Below are positions 51,019-60,958 of a stretch of DNA of 64,000 bases, one piece after another; the stretch's first letter is position 1; every line of letters begins with the position of its first letter. Source of the stretch: Chloroflexota bacterium. GTDB lineage: Bacteria > Chloroflexota > Limnocylindria > Limnocylindrales > CSP1-4. The notes under the pieces are model-generated. The model made no database searches and had not been told where the DNA came from. It saw only the letters and a list, made by a program, of their open reading frames with translations. The position numbers were made by a program, and so were the translations under genes. The stretch covers positions 2,014-66,013 of the forward strand of contig DAHXON010000008.1 of the NCBI GenBank assembly GCA_027364875.1, written 5' to 3'.

Positions 51019-53085
51019 GTGCCTTGTCCCGACTGTGGTACGACGCGGACCGCAGGTGCCCGCTTCTGCCACTACTGCGGCCGCCGCTTCGAAGGCCTGT
51101 CCGAGGGGCTTCGGATCGGTGATCGCCGCGTCGTCACCGCGCTCTTCGCCGACATGGTGGGCTACACCAGGCTGGTGGACGAGCTCGACCCGGAGGAAGT
51201 CCGGGCGCGGGTAGACGGGGCGCTGGCACTCATTGGCGATGCCGTTCTCCGATTCGGCGGATCCCTGGAGAAGTTCATAGGCGACGCGGTGCTCGCGGTC
51301 TTCGGCACTCCCGTTGCCCACGACGACGACGCTCTCCGCGCCTGCCTGTGCGCGCTGGAGATGCAGTCGTGCCTGAGCAGGTATGTGACCGCGGACTCGC
51401 AACCGCTGGTCCTCAGAATCGGGATCGCCACGGGTGAAGTCGTGGCCGCTCTCCGCGACGTGGCGGGGAATCGATCGGTGGCGCTCACCGGCGAGCCGAT
51501 GACAACGGCCGCGCGCCTCCAGCAGCTCGCCGAGCCCAACGAGATACTGCTCGACGACGCGACGGTCCTCGCCGCGGAGCCTCGCATCGGAGTTGACCAC
51601 CTGGGCGAGAAGATCCTCCGGGGCCAGCGCAGACCGGTCGTGACGCACAGGCTCCGGAGCGAGCGCCGGCTCGTGACCCAGGCCGGCCGGCGGATGGCGC
51701 CGCTCGTGGGCCGGGCTGGCGAGCAGGCCCGCCTGCGCGAGGTCCTCGATAGGGCCGCGGCGACGGGCAAAGGCGCGGCGGTCCTGGTTCGCGGCGAGGC
51801 GGGGGTCGGCAAGTCGCGATTGCTCAGCGAGATGGAGCAGGACGCTCGCAATGCCGGGTTCGGCTGGATGTGGCTCGACAACGCGCCTCACGGCATGAGC
51901 TCGCCCTACAGCGCCGTGCGCAACATGGCGGACTGGGTCGCCGACGAGCAGGGTGTGACCGCCGGGATAGCCGGCCGGCAGATGCTCTTCGGGCCGGACG
52001 TTCCCGCGATCGACGCCAATTCCGTCCGGCTGATGCTCGGCGCCGTCGCCGTCCTGGCTCGCGACTCGAACATGCTGCTCCTGCCCGAAGAGGGCTGGGG
52101 ATCCGGGCTCCTGAACCTGGTTCAGCCCAATGAGATCCAGCTCGGCCTGCGGCTCGCCACAGAGGTCTGGGTGAACCAGCTAGTGGCCCGCCAGCCACGT
52201 TGCATCGTCGTGGACGACTACCACTGGATCGATCCTTCGAGCCGGCAACTCCTCGAGCTCATGATCCGGCTGGCCGCCGACCTGCCGCTCGTCGTTCTCA
52301 CCGGTTCGCGCTACCCCGCGGAGCCCGAATGGCTCGGCCTGCCGCACGTCGAGGCGATCGATCTGGCCGGGCTTGATGCGGCCGCAACGGAGGAACTGGG
52401 TTCGGCGGTGGCCGGCGCCGGCCTCGTGTCGGAGTCGGCGCGCTGGCTCTACCAGCGCACCTCGGGCAACGCGCTCTTCGTCGGGGAGATCATGCGCACG
52501 CTCCGCGACGCGGGCCACCTCGAGAAGAACGGGGACCAGCTCCGAATCGAGTCCGGCGCGGCTCGCCGAAGCGTGCCGCTCAGCCTTCGAGCCCTCCTCG
52601 GCGCGAGGATTGACGCCCTGCCCGGCGCGGAGAGAGCCATCCTCGAGGCTGCGTCGGTGGTCGGCCTGTCCTTCACGGTGGATCTTCTCTGCGTGCTGCA
52701 GGGCGAATGTCCGGAGGAGGGTCACCTGGAATCGCTGGCCGAGGCGGGCTTCATCTCAAGGGTCGAGGATCCCGCCAGGCCCGAGGAGGTTTGGCGGTTC
52801 CGCCACCAGCTTTTCCTCGACGCCGCATACGGCCGGCTGTTGAACGACAGGCGGCACCAGCTTCACGGCACGCTGGCGGATTGGTACGAAAGAACCGGAA
52901 CGCATATCGAACCGGCCGAGCTCGGGCGCCATAGAGCGGCCGCCGGCGACGCCGAGCGCGCCCTGCCGCTGCTCGAGCGCGCCCTCGGCGACGCGCTGGC
53001 CGTCGGCGCGGACGAAGAGGCCGACGGCCTGCGCAAGTTGATCGAGACCCTGACGAGCGCTCCGGGTCAGGCCGCCGCGCGCTGA
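51019..53085 (+). CDS. Zinc-ribbon, class III nucleotide cyclase and AAA ATPase protein
   Basis: CPDC..FCHYC; LFADMVG, KFIGDAV, GIATG, AARL; Walker A GEAGVGKS; DDYHWID; GNALF; RBS AGGAGG. Confidence 0.9.
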   Translation: MPCPDCGTTRTAGARFCHYCGRRFEGLSEGLRIGDRRVVTALFADMVGYTRLVDELDPEEVRARVDGALALIGDAVLRFGGSLEKFIGDAVLAVFGTPVAHDDDALRACLCALEMQSCLSRYVTADSQPLVLRIGIATGEVVAALRDVAGNRSVALTGEPMTTAARLQQLAEPNEILLDDATVLAAEPRIGVDHLGEKILRGQRRPVVTHRLRSERRLVTQAGRRMAPLVGRAGEQARLREVLDRAAATGKGAAVLVRGEAGVGKSRLLSEMEQDARNAGFGWMWLDNAPHGMSSPYSAVRNMADWVADEQGVTAGIAGRQMLFGPDVPAIDANSVRLMLGAVAVLARDSNMLLLPEEGWGSGLLNLVQPNEIQLGLRLATEVWVNQLVARQPRCIVVDDYHWIDPSSRQLLELMIRLAADLPLVVLTGSRYPAEPEWLGLPHVEAIDLAGLDAAATEELGSAVAGAGLVSESARWLYQRTSGNALFVGEIMRTLRDAGHLEKNGDQLRIESGAARRSVPLSLRALLGARIDALPGAERAILEAASVVGLSFTVDLLCVLQGECPEEGHLESLAEAGFISRVEDPARPEEVWRFRHQLFLDAAYGRLLNDRRHQLHGTLADWYERTGTHIEPAELGRHRAAAGDAERALPLLERALGDALAVGADEEADGLRKLIETLTSAPGQAAAR

Positions 53086-54302
53086 CGAGCCTGACGGGCG
53101 GGGCGCCGCCGCCGTCTCGCCAACACGGCCGGCAGCACGGCAACGGGACCCAGTGCGGCCGGGGCGAGTCCGCGAGGCCCTCTCTCGCCGGTACCGGCCA
53201 GCTGATCCGATCTGGCGGAGCTCGAAACGCCATTGGCCCACGCGTCCGCCTTCCAGGCGTCGGCGGCGAACTTGGCCTGCCCGGTGAGGGACGGGTGGAA
53301 GTAGTCGACGGTGCTCAGATCCTTGAGGACGAAGTCGCGACCGGACAGGAGGGCCTGGTTGTACGTGCAGTGCAGGTTCGCCAGCGCCCCGGTCACGGCG
53401 TTTTCCTCGTCGCAGATCGTCTCGAGGGCGGCGTTGTACGAGGCGAGGATGGCCTCCGCGTCCGGGATCGAGGCGGGGCTGTTCGAGCCCAGGAACGGCG
53501 CGCAGCGGGTCGAGTTCTTGGGCTGCAGCAGGGCGGTCCGGGCGGTTGGATCGGCCTGAGTGATTGCCCGGAAGTGGCTGAAGTCGGGCACCGGCATCAT
53601 CAGCAGGCGGCTGCCCGGCGGCAGGTTGACGCGAAGAGTCTCGACCGCCGCTCGGGCCTGGGCGGTGAAGTCCGCCAACGGGGTCTTCGGGTCGTCGCAC
53701 AGATCGTTGGTGCCGAGCATGAAGGTCACGTATGCCGTCTGGCCGTGCTGCAGGTTCGCCGCCGCCGCGACGACCTGTTCGACCTGGCGCTGGGCATCGA
53801 TCATCTTGCGCCCGGAAGTGGCGGCGTCGACCACGCCGGGCGTCGCCCCCAGGGCCTTGAACCGCTCGAGCAAGCTGGTCACGCCGTCGTTCCTGGCCGT
53901 CCCCACGACCCACGAGTACTGAGGATGGTCGCGAAGGTTGGCCGGCGAAACGCTGTACGCCTGGCTGTAGGAATCGCCGATCGCGGCGAGCATCGCCGGC
54001 AGCGGCGGAGTGGCCGTCGGTAAAGGCTGCACGGTCGGAGTGGCGGTCGGAGTCGGCGAGGGGAGGTCCGACGCCGAGGCAGCCAGGGTCGGGCTCGGGG
54101 TGACGCCCGCGGTCGCCGAGGCCGTGGCTGTTGGCGTGGTGGCGGCAATCAAGGACGGCTTCGAGGGGCCGGCGGCGAGCGTGAGGGCGAGCCAGCCGAC
54201 CCCGAACCCGCCGACGACTGCCGCAACAAGGATCGCGCCGACCAGAAGACCACCGCGGTGCGAGCGCGCCGACTCGGGCCGCCTCTCTGTCGTGTATGGC
54301 AT
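53067..54302 (-). CDS. SGNH/GDSL hydrolase, membrane-anchored or secreted
   Basis: GDSYS, GTND, DYFHP blocks; N-terminal TM helix and T/P linker. Confidence 0.9.
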   Translation of the reverse strand: MPYTTERRPESARSHRGGLLVGAILVAAVVGGFGVGWLALTLAAGPSKPSLIAATTPTATASATAGVTPSPTLAASASDLPSPTPTATPTVQPLPTATPPLPAMLAAIGDSYSQAYSVSPANLRDHPQYSWVVGTARNDGVTSLLERFKALGATPGVVDAATSGRKMIDAQRQVEQVVAAAANLQHGQTAYVTFMLGTNDLCDDPKTPLADFTAQARAAVETLRVNLPPGSRLLMMPVPDFSHFRAITQADPTARTALLQPKNSTRCAPFLGSNSPASIPDAEAILASYNAALETICDEENAVTGALANLHCTYNQALLSGRDFVLKDLSTVDYFHPSLTGQAKFAADAWKADAWANGVSSSARSDQLAGTGERGPRGLAPAALGPVAVLPAVLARRRRRPARQARQRAAA

Positions 54303-54461
54303 TGGCCAATCCTAGAACGGCGAAGCCGGATCCCGCGCGGCGGCCCGGCCCCGCGCTCCATTCGGCTGCCAGTGCCCGGGCTCGGTGGATTCCGTCCGAG
54401 CAGTCCGCTCCGCTCGAATCACCGGCTCCGCCCGGTCGGGCTCGGCTACGATGGGGGCGTC

Positions 54462-55157
54462 ATGCAAGGCTCATTCGCAATCGACGCTCTCCGCCGCGGC
54501 CGGCTCTTCGCCGGCATGGCCCCCGCGTCGCTCGAGGCCATTTCCCGGACGCTTCGATCCCGCAAGTTCCGTCGCGGCGAGGTTCTCTTCCACGAAGGCG
54601 ACCCCGGCGATTCCCTCTTCATCGTCGCGTCGGGCTCGGTCAAGGTCGTCGTGCCGTCCGACGACGGCGACGAAGCAATCCTCGCGACGCTGGGTCGCGG
54701 CGACTCGCTCGGCGAGCTTTCCCTTCTCGACGGCGCGCCCCGTTCGGCCAGCGCGATCGCGATCGAACCGGTGGAAGCTCTGACGCTGCCGCGCGTTCAG
54801 TTCAAGTCCCTGCTGGCCACGGATGGCGACCTCCGCGACGCCTTGCTCGCTCAGCTGGCACGGGAATTGCGGCGCCTGACGACTCACGTCTCGGATCTCC
54901 ATTTCCTGGATCTCACGGGCCGATTGGCGGCGCGGCTTGCCCGCCTTGCGGAGGAGCGCGGCGAACGGCTCGCGGACGGTTCCTACCGTCTGGAGGCTCC
55001 GCCAACGCAGGGCGACCTCGCGTCGATGATCGGCGCCACCAGGCAGAGCGTGAACAAGCTCCTCGGCGAGTTTGCCGACGAGAAGCTCCTGCGTCTCGAG
55101 CCCGACGGGATAGTGATCCCGGACCTGGCGCTGCTGGCGGCTCGGGCGCGGCGTTAG
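54462..55157 (+). CDS. Crp/Fnr family transcriptional regulator
   Basis: GELSLLDGAPRSA cNMP pocket; TQGDLASMIGATRQSVNK HTH. Confidence 0.93.
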   Translation: MQGSFAIDALRRGRLFAGMAPASLEAISRTLRSRKFRRGEVLFHEGDPGDSLFIVASGSVKVVVPSDDGDEAILATLGRGDSLGELSLLDGAPRSASAIAIEPVEALTLPRVQFKSLLATDGDLRDALLAQLARELRRLTTHVSDLHFLDLTGRLAARLARLAEERGERLADGSYRLEAPPTQGDLASMIGATRQSVNKLLGEFADEKLLRLEPDGIVIPDLALLAARARR

Positions 55158-55212
55158 GCGGTCCGGCGCGGCGTCGGGGCTCGGCGCGGACGAGCGCGCG
55201 CGACGTCGAGGA

Positions 55213-55695
55213 TCAGCCCGCGGAGATGACGCCCTCGCGGCCGAGCTGGAGAACCTGCGCCCGGCTCTCGTCCAGATGCTGAGTGGCGAAACCGAACAAC
55301 CTGCGAAGCAGCAGCTCCGAGCGGGCCGATCCGCCGGTGAGCAGGGTGAGCAGCTCACTCGCGGGCACGGAAACCAGGGTCGCCGGTCCGATGGCGCGAG
55401 CGGTGGACAGCGCCGTCGGCTCCTCTCGCAGCGCCGACCAGCCGAGCAGGTCGCCGGCGTGGAGCGTGGAGACGAGGACCCAGCGATGGTCGTGCTGGAC
55501 GCGCAGGCCCAGCTGCCCGTGTTCGAGCCAGTGGACCTCGGAGATAGGGGAGCCCATCTCGACGAGCGTCTCGCCGTCGGCAAGGTGGCGACGCACGGAG
55601 GCGGCCGCCAGCGAATCGAGGCCGGCGCGGTCCAGACCAGCGAACAGCGGCAGACGAGCCAGTTCGTCCGGGCTCACCTTCTCGGTCGTGGCCAT
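55213..55695 (-). CDS. Stand-alone cyclic nucleotide-binding domain protein
   Basis: LPLFAGL, GETLVEMG, GDLLGWSAL, STARA; no HTH; RBS GGAGGAG. Confidence 0.85.
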   Translation of the reverse strand: MATTEKVSPDELARLPLFAGLDRAGLDSLAAASVRRHLADGETLVEMGSPISEVHWLEHGQLGLRVQHDHRWVLVSTLHAGDLLGWSALREEPTALSTARAIGPATLVSVPASELLTLLTGGSARSELLLRRLFGFATQHLDESRAQVLQLGREGVISAG

Positions 55696-55758
55696 CAGCT
55701 GCTCCTCCGACACCGCTCTATGTGAGATCCCATTCTCCCCCCGCGCCCCGCGCCGTGC

Positions 55759-56982
55759 TCACCCTTTCGCCTTCGTCGCCTCGCCGGCGAGCCGAAACAG
55801 GAACGCGGCCGCGGAAATGCCCGCTCGCCGCCGGCCCTCCGCGCCGCCCTGAAACGTGGCTCGGCCCGCCTCGACCTGACCGAAGGGCCCAACCGCAGCC
55901 ATCTCGACGATCGTGTCTTCGTTCGCGTCCGCGGCCCGGACGGCCAGCCCGACTTCGGCGCCCGACTCGCGGCGTTCAGCCTCGGCCAGCTCGACTAGCG
56001 CCTGTGCCGCGCTCGCTGTCAGGAGTCTGGCGGATCGGAGCCACGGGGCGTCTCCGAACAGCTGAGCCGCGGTTCCACCGGTGCCGAGCTCGACGATGGC
56101 CGCGCTCCATCCCAGCGCCTCGAGTTCACGACGGACGGCGACGGGCCAGGTGTCCTCATCGCGGCCCCAGACGTACCTTCCCACCGCCGCGAGCACGATC
56201 GCCTCGGCCTCCTCGACGAGGTCCCCCGGCGTCCGGCCGTCTTCCGCAACGGCGGAGATGCGAACGTCCACCGCATCGGCCCTGGCGTAGGTGGCCACCA
56301 CGGGGTTTGTCTTGCGAAGTAGAGGCTCGCCGAGGGCGGCCGCCACCGCCGACTCTCCGATGCCGGTCAGCCGGTAGGTTCGGGTCACGCGCTCCTGGCC
56401 CAGGCCCCGATCGCGGAGACGCGGCTGGACTTCCTGCTGCCACATCGCCGTCATCTCGCGCGGCGGCCCGGGCAGGGCCACGATGAGCCGCCCATCGGGC
56501 CGCTCGACCCACCACCCGGGTGCCGTCCCGCGCTCGTTCGGTATCGCCTGCGACGACGGGATGAGCCACGCCTGCTTGATGTTGGTTTCGTGGAATGGCC
56601 ATCCGCGCCGTTCGAACAGGCGGTGGAGCCACCGCTCCAGGTCCGGGTCCACGGAGGTCTCCTCGCCGCACACCGCGGCGATCGATTCGCGGGTCAGGTC
56701 GTCCGGCGTCGGTCCGAGTCCACCTGTCGTGACCACCAGATCCGCGTCCTCGAGAGCGCGGCGCAGGGTTGCCACCACTGTTGCGAGCACGTCGGGCAAG
56801 GCCGCCGTCCAGGCGACGGTCACGCCGGCCTGGCTGAGAATTCGAGCCAGGTCGCCGCTGTTGGTGTCTCTGGTCTCGCCCGTCGTTAGCTCGGAGCCGA
56901 CGGCGAGGAGCACGGCCGTCCGGATAGCGCGGGGCGCGGAGTCTTCCGCCTGTCGGGCGCCGGTGGATCGTGAGAGGCTCAT
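55759..56982 (-). CDS. cinA: Competence/damage-inducible protein A (MoCF-like domain plus degenerate PncC-like domain)
   Basis: AVGSEL..DTNS, TGGLGPTPDDLT, GTAPG, LPGPPREM; C-terminal ELGTGG is degenerate. Confidence 0.88.
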   Translation of the reverse strand: MSLSRSTGARQAEDSAPRAIRTAVLLAVGSELTTGETRDTNSGDLARILSQAGVTVAWTAALPDVLATVVATLRRALEDADLVVTTGGLGPTPDDLTRESIAAVCGEETSVDPDLERWLHRLFERRGWPFHETNIKQAWLIPSSQAIPNERGTAPGWWVERPDGRLIVALPGPPREMTAMWQQEVQPRLRDRGLGQERVTRTYRLTGIGESAVAAALGEPLLRKTNPVVATYARADAVDVRISAVAEDGRTPGDLVEEAEAIVLAAVGRYVWGRDEDTWPVAVRRELEALGWSAAIVELGTGGTAAQLFGDAPWLRSARLLTASAAQALVELAEAERRESGAEVGLAVRAADANEDTIVEMAAVGPFGQVEAGRATFQGGAEGRRRAGISAAAFLFRLAGEATKAKG

Positions 56983-57105
56983 TGACGGAGTGTAGGGGAA
57001 GCACCGCCGCCGGTCGTCGAGCGCCGTCTGGGAAGCTTCGTGTCACTACGGCGCTCGCCGCTGCTATCATCGCCGTGCTGTCAGACCCTACCCGAAGGAG
57101 GTCCC

Positions 57106-57945
57106 TTGGCTGACCGGTCCTCCTCTCTGCCGCCGTCCGAGCCCGGATCGGATGGCGCCGGCTCCAATCCTGGCGACGCCGCACCCGGTCTGGGAGAACA
57201 GATCGGCCGGACGCGCAAGGCTCTCTTCGGCCTGATCGGATCTCACATTGCCCTGGCCAGGGCCGAGTTCTCCGAGATTGCCGACGAAGTCAAGCGGATC
57301 GCCGGCCTCGTGGGAGCGGCCCTCTTCCTGCTCTTCATCACGGCAATCCTGATCTTCGTGGGCGTGTTGCTCTTCGCCGGAGAGGCGATCTTCGGCTCGA
57401 TGGGCTGGGGCGTGCTTCTCGGCTCGGAGCTGCTGATCGCGGTGTCGGTCATCTTGCTCCTCGGCGTCCTGGAGCTCGGCTTCAGCCGGACGAGCGGGTC
57501 GTTCCTGGTGGCACTAGGCGTGGCGCTCGTCATCGGCGGCCTCCTGGCCAACGATTGGGCCGCCGTCAGCCGGAACAACACGAGCCTGCCCGGTCAGCCG
57601 TGGCTGGCCGTCGCCTCGGGCGCGGTCCTGCTGGGCATCCTCTTCGCCCTGCTCGGGGCCAGCTTCGGTCGAGGCGCGGCGAGTGGCGCCGCGATCGGCG
57701 GGATCGTCGTCGGCGGCCTGCTCGGTTTGCTCGCCTCCGCCGGGCCGGGCCTACGGGTCGCTTCGGCGATCGGAGTGGCAGTCCTGCTGCTGATGTGGCC
57801 GATCACCGCCGCCGTGCTGCTCTTCCGGCACGGCATAGATACGGGCCGGCTCAAGGAGCGGTTCTACCCCAGCCAGACAATCGAGACCACCAAGGAGACC
57901 ATCGAGTGGGTGCGCGCGCAGTTGCCGCTCGGGCCGAAGTCGTAG
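57106..57945 (+). CDS. Membrane protein of the 'phage holin family'/DUF1469 type
   Basis: HIALARAE N-terminal helix, multiple TM helices, C-terminal PSQTIETTKETIEW; TTG after GGAGG. Confidence 0.7.
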   Translation: MADRSSSLPPSEPGSDGAGSNPGDAAPGLGEQIGRTRKALFGLIGSHIALARAEFSEIADEVKRIAGLVGAALFLLFITAILIFVGVLLFAGEAIFGSMGWGVLLGSELLIAVSVILLLGVLELGFSRTSGSFLVALGVALVIGGLLANDWAAVSRNNTSLPGQPWLAVASGAVLLGILFALLGASFGRGAASGAAIGGIVVGGLLGLLASAGPGLRVASAIGVAVLLLMWPITAAVLLFRHGIDTGRLKERFYPSQTIETTKETIEWVRAQLPLGPKS

Positions 57946-58457
57946 CCAGCCGGCAGGCCCTCCTCGACGAGGTCACCCGCCTGGAGGCCGCCGGCCGTTC
58001 CGCCGTGGACATCAAAGCCAAGGTCAGGCGTTCGCCGGGCAAGACCGCGGCGCTCGCCGCCGGGACGGTCTTCCTCGCCGCGGGTGGGCCGAAGAGGACG
58101 TATCGAGCCGTTCGAAAGGCGATCTTCGGACCTCAGGCCGAGCTCCCCAAGTCCATGTTGCCCAACCAGATCGACAAGGCGCTTCGAGCCCTCGGATCCG
58201 ACGGCGATCGAGTCCGGGGCGTGATCGAGCGCGAGTTTGCCGACTATCTGGAGAAGAGCAAGCCGGTCCGAGACGCCCGCGACCTGCGCGGGACGGTGTC
58301 CGAGCTGGGCGGCAACCTGCTCAAGCCCGTCACCGCCGAGGCCGGCAAGCGCCTGGCCAGGGAGCTCTTCAAGCCGGAAGGCAGCAGCTTCAACGAGGTG
58401 ATGGTCAGGATCCAGAACCGGCGGGAAGCCCGCCGGAAGGGCGAGGCGAAGGGCTAG
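57906..58457 (+). CDS. Hypothetical protein (DUF3618-like partner)
   Basis: GTG after AAGGAG; ARAEVVASRQAL...; overlaps the upstream gene. Confidence 0.65.
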   Translation: MGARAVAARAEVVASRQALLDEVTRLEAAGRSAVDIKAKVRRSPGKTAALAAGTVFLAAGGPKRTYRAVRKAIFGPQAELPKSMLPNQIDKALRALGSDGDRVRGVIEREFADYLEKSKPVRDARDLRGTVSELGGNLLKPVTAEAGKRLARELFKPEGSSFNEVMVRIQNRREARRKGEAKG

Positions 58458-58528
58458 CGAGACCCGAGCGGATGGTGCGTCGACGCACCGGTCGCAGAGC
58501 CGCGAGCGCGGCTACACTCTTGGGCCGC

Positions 58529-58614
58529 GGGCGAGTGGCGGAATGGCAGACGCGCCAGCCTTAGGAGCTGGTGCCGGTCACGGCATGCGGGTTCGAGTCC
58601 CGCCTCGCCCACCA
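58529..58614 (+). tRNA. tRNA-Leu (anticodon TAG)
   Basis: GGGCGAG/CTCGCCC acceptor stem, anticodon arm CCAGC-CTTAGGA-GCTGG, long variable arm, GTTCGA T-loop, encoded CCA; -10 TACACT at 58513. Confidence 0.96.
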
Positions 58615-58765
58615 ACATCGCGCTGGGGGCCGCGCCCGGGGGCTGGAGCTGCACCCGAGGAGCTGGCCCCGCGTTCCGGGCCGCGGGAGCCGCAGTCGGT
58701 AGCCCCGGCTCGCATCGCGCCGCTTACCGGCCCGGCGAGGCCTCGGCCCCTATAATCCACGGGCG

Positions 58766-60196
58766 ATGCAGACGACCAACACCCCCCTTCCCAAGTCACG
58801 CCTCCAGCTCGAGCTCGAGCTTCCCCCCGAACGCCTGACACGCGCGATCGACCAGGCGGTGAGCCGCCTGTCGCGCCAGACTCGAGTTCCCGGCTTCCGG
58901 CCCGGCAAGGCTCCCCGGTTCATGCTCGAGCGGATGCTCGGCCAGACGGCGATCCTGGACGACGCCGTGGATCACCTCGTCGAGGACGCGTTCCGTGAGG
59001 CGATGAAGGAGCAGGACATCGTCCCGCTCACGACCCCCGAGGTCGAAGTCACCCAGTCCGAAGAAGGCAAGCCGGTCCTCTTCAAGGCGACGATCCAGGT
59101 TCGGCCGGAGGTCAAGCTCGGCGATTACGACCACTTCGGCTTCGCGCCTGAGGTCAAGCCCGTCGACGACGAGATGGTCGCCAAAGTCATCGAGGAGCTC
59201 CAGGACGCCCACTCGGAGCTCAAGCCCGTCGAGGGGCGCGCGGCCCAGAACGGCGACTACGCCGTCATCGGCTTTCGGGGCACGCGCGACGGCGTCGAGT
59301 TCCCGGGCGGATCGTCGGAGCGTATGCCGCTCATCATCGGCGAAGACCGCCTCATCCCCGGTTTCGAGGAGAACCTCGTCGGGGCGATGAAGGGCGACGA
59401 GCGCGAGTTCGACATCACCTTCCCGGACGACTACCAGGAGGAGACGCTGCGCGGCCAGGTCGCGCACTTCTCGGTCACGGTCAAGGAGCTGCGGCACAAG
59501 CAGCTGCCCGAGGCCGACGACGACTTCGCCAGGCTCGTCGGAAAGTTCAACGACATGGCCGAGCTCCGGGCCGAGCTGCGCGAGCGGCTGGGCGCCAACG
59601 CCCTCGACCACGCCCGCCACGAATTCGCCGACAAGATCATCGAGTACGCCACGGCCAACGCCACGGTGGATCTGCCCGACGTGCTGATCGACCAGGAAGT
59701 CGAGGTCATGCACGACGAGCTGCGCTCCGCGCTGGCCCGCCAGGGCATTACCGAAGACGCCTACCTCAATGTCGTCGGCAAGACGGACGAGGACATCCAC
59801 ACCGAGTTCCGGCCGCAGGCCGAGAAGCGGGTCAAGACGCTTCTCGTCCTGACCGAGATCGCCAGGGCCAAGGGAGTGGAAGTTCCGGAGTCGGACGTCC
59901 AGGGCGAAATCGATCGAGCCCGGTCCCGCTACGCGGACAGCCCCAACCTGATCCGCTACTTCGAATCGGAGCGCGGCCGAAACTACATCAGGAGCACCTT
60001 CCGGCGATCGCGGACCGTCGAGCAGCTCATCGACGAGTGGCTCGCCGCACACCCGGAGGCACCCCGGCTGCCGCATCTCGAGGAATCGGACGACCACTCG
60101 CCGGTGGCGAGCTCAACCGCGGAAGCCTCCGCTTCCATCGGCGCCACCGACGTCGAGGCTCTCACGCCGGAATCAGCTTCTGCCGGCGGCGCGTAA
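58766..60196 (+). CDS. tig: Trigger factor
   Basis: VPGFRPGKAP ribosome-binding motif; FKBP domain LIPGFEE, FPDDY; TATAAT at 58751. Confidence 0.96.
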   Translation: MQTTNTPLPKSRLQLELELPPERLTRAIDQAVSRLSRQTRVPGFRPGKAPRFMLERMLGQTAILDDAVDHLVEDAFREAMKEQDIVPLTTPEVEVTQSEEGKPVLFKATIQVRPEVKLGDYDHFGFAPEVKPVDDEMVAKVIEELQDAHSELKPVEGRAAQNGDYAVIGFRGTRDGVEFPGGSSERMPLIIGEDRLIPGFEENLVGAMKGDEREFDITFPDDYQEETLRGQVAHFSVTVKELRHKQLPEADDDFARLVGKFNDMAELRAELRERLGANALDHARHEFADKIIEYATANATVDLPDVLIDQEVEVMHDELRSALARQGITEDAYLNVVGKTDEDIHTEFRPQAEKRVKTLLVLTEIARAKGVEVPESDVQGEIDRARSRYADSPNLIRYFESERGRNYIRSTFRRSRTVEQLIDEWLAAHPEAPRLPHLEESDDHSPVASSTAEASASIGATDVEALTPESASAGGA

Positions 60197-60235
60197 CCGG
60201 CGCGTATCCAGGGTAAGTACAGAGGAGACGATCAG

Positions 60236-60919
60236 ATGCTCGTGCCAATGGTGATCGAGTCCTCGAGCCGTGGCGAGCGCGCCTACGACATCTACTCGCG
60301 GCTTCTCCGCGAGCGGATCATCTTCCTTGGCGACGCCATCGAAGACAACGTCGCCAACCTCGTGATCGCCCAGCTGCTCTTCCTCGACGCAGAGGATCCG
60401 GAGCGGGACATCAGCCTCTACATCAACTCCCCCGGTGGCGTGATCACCTCCGGGCTGGCCATCTACGACACCATGCAGTACGTCCGAGCGCCGGTCAGCA
60501 CGATCTGCATCGGCATGGCGGCCAGTATGGCGGCCGTGCTGCTTGCGGCCGGGGCTCCGGGCAAGCGGTTCGCCCTGCCCCACAGCCGGATCATGATCCA
60601 CCAGGGTTCGGGCGGCTTCCGGGGCAACACCCCCGACGTCTTCATCCAGGTCAAGGAGATGGAGACTCTTGTCAACACCAATCACGAGATCCTGAGCCGC
60701 CACTCGGGCCAGCCGATCGAGAAGATAGTCGCCGATACCTCTCGGGACTACTTTATGTCTCCAATCGAGGCGAAGGATTACGGCATAATCGACTCGGTAT
60801 ACTCTGCGACCGGCCAGCCGCTCAGCGGCAAGAACGGGTCGGCCGGCGACGGTGAAACGGGCGGAAGCTCTGATGGGCAGTCGGCAGCAGCTGGCGAGCC
60901 AGCGGCAGCTGCCGAGTAA
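60236..60919 (+). CDS. clpP: ATP-dependent Clp protease proteolytic subunit
   Basis: [26 protein letters not shown] (Ser), MIHQ (His). Confidence 0.97.
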   Translation: MLVPMVIESSSRGERAYDIYSRLLRERIIFLGDAIEDNVANLVIAQLLFLDAEDPERDISLYINSPGGVITSGLAIYDTMQYVRAPVSTICIGMAASMAAVLLAAGAPGKRFALPHSRIMIHQGSGGFRGNTPDVFIQVKEMETLVNTNHEILSRHSGQPIEKIVADTSRDYFMSPIEAKDYGIIDSVYSATGQPLSGKNGSAGDGETGGSSDGQSAAAGEPAAAAE

Positions 60920-60958
60920 GCGGGTAGTGGCGCAGGCGCGAAGGATGGGTCAAGGCGC

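Noticed and set aside
50900-55760. CRP operator sites near the cyclase and crp genes
   Set aside because: Only half-sites were found (TCACA near 50935, TGTGA near 55721); no full TGTGA-N6-TCACA
57106-58457. Prophage remnant suggested by a 'holin family' gene next to a tRNA
   Set aside because: DUF1469-type/DUF3618-like pairs are ordinary chromosomal genes; no integrase or phage genes are present
58529-58765. tRNA-Leu as an integration site
   Set aside because: No duplicated tRNA 3' end was seen; tRNA-Leu followed by tig-clpP-clpX is a common core arrangement
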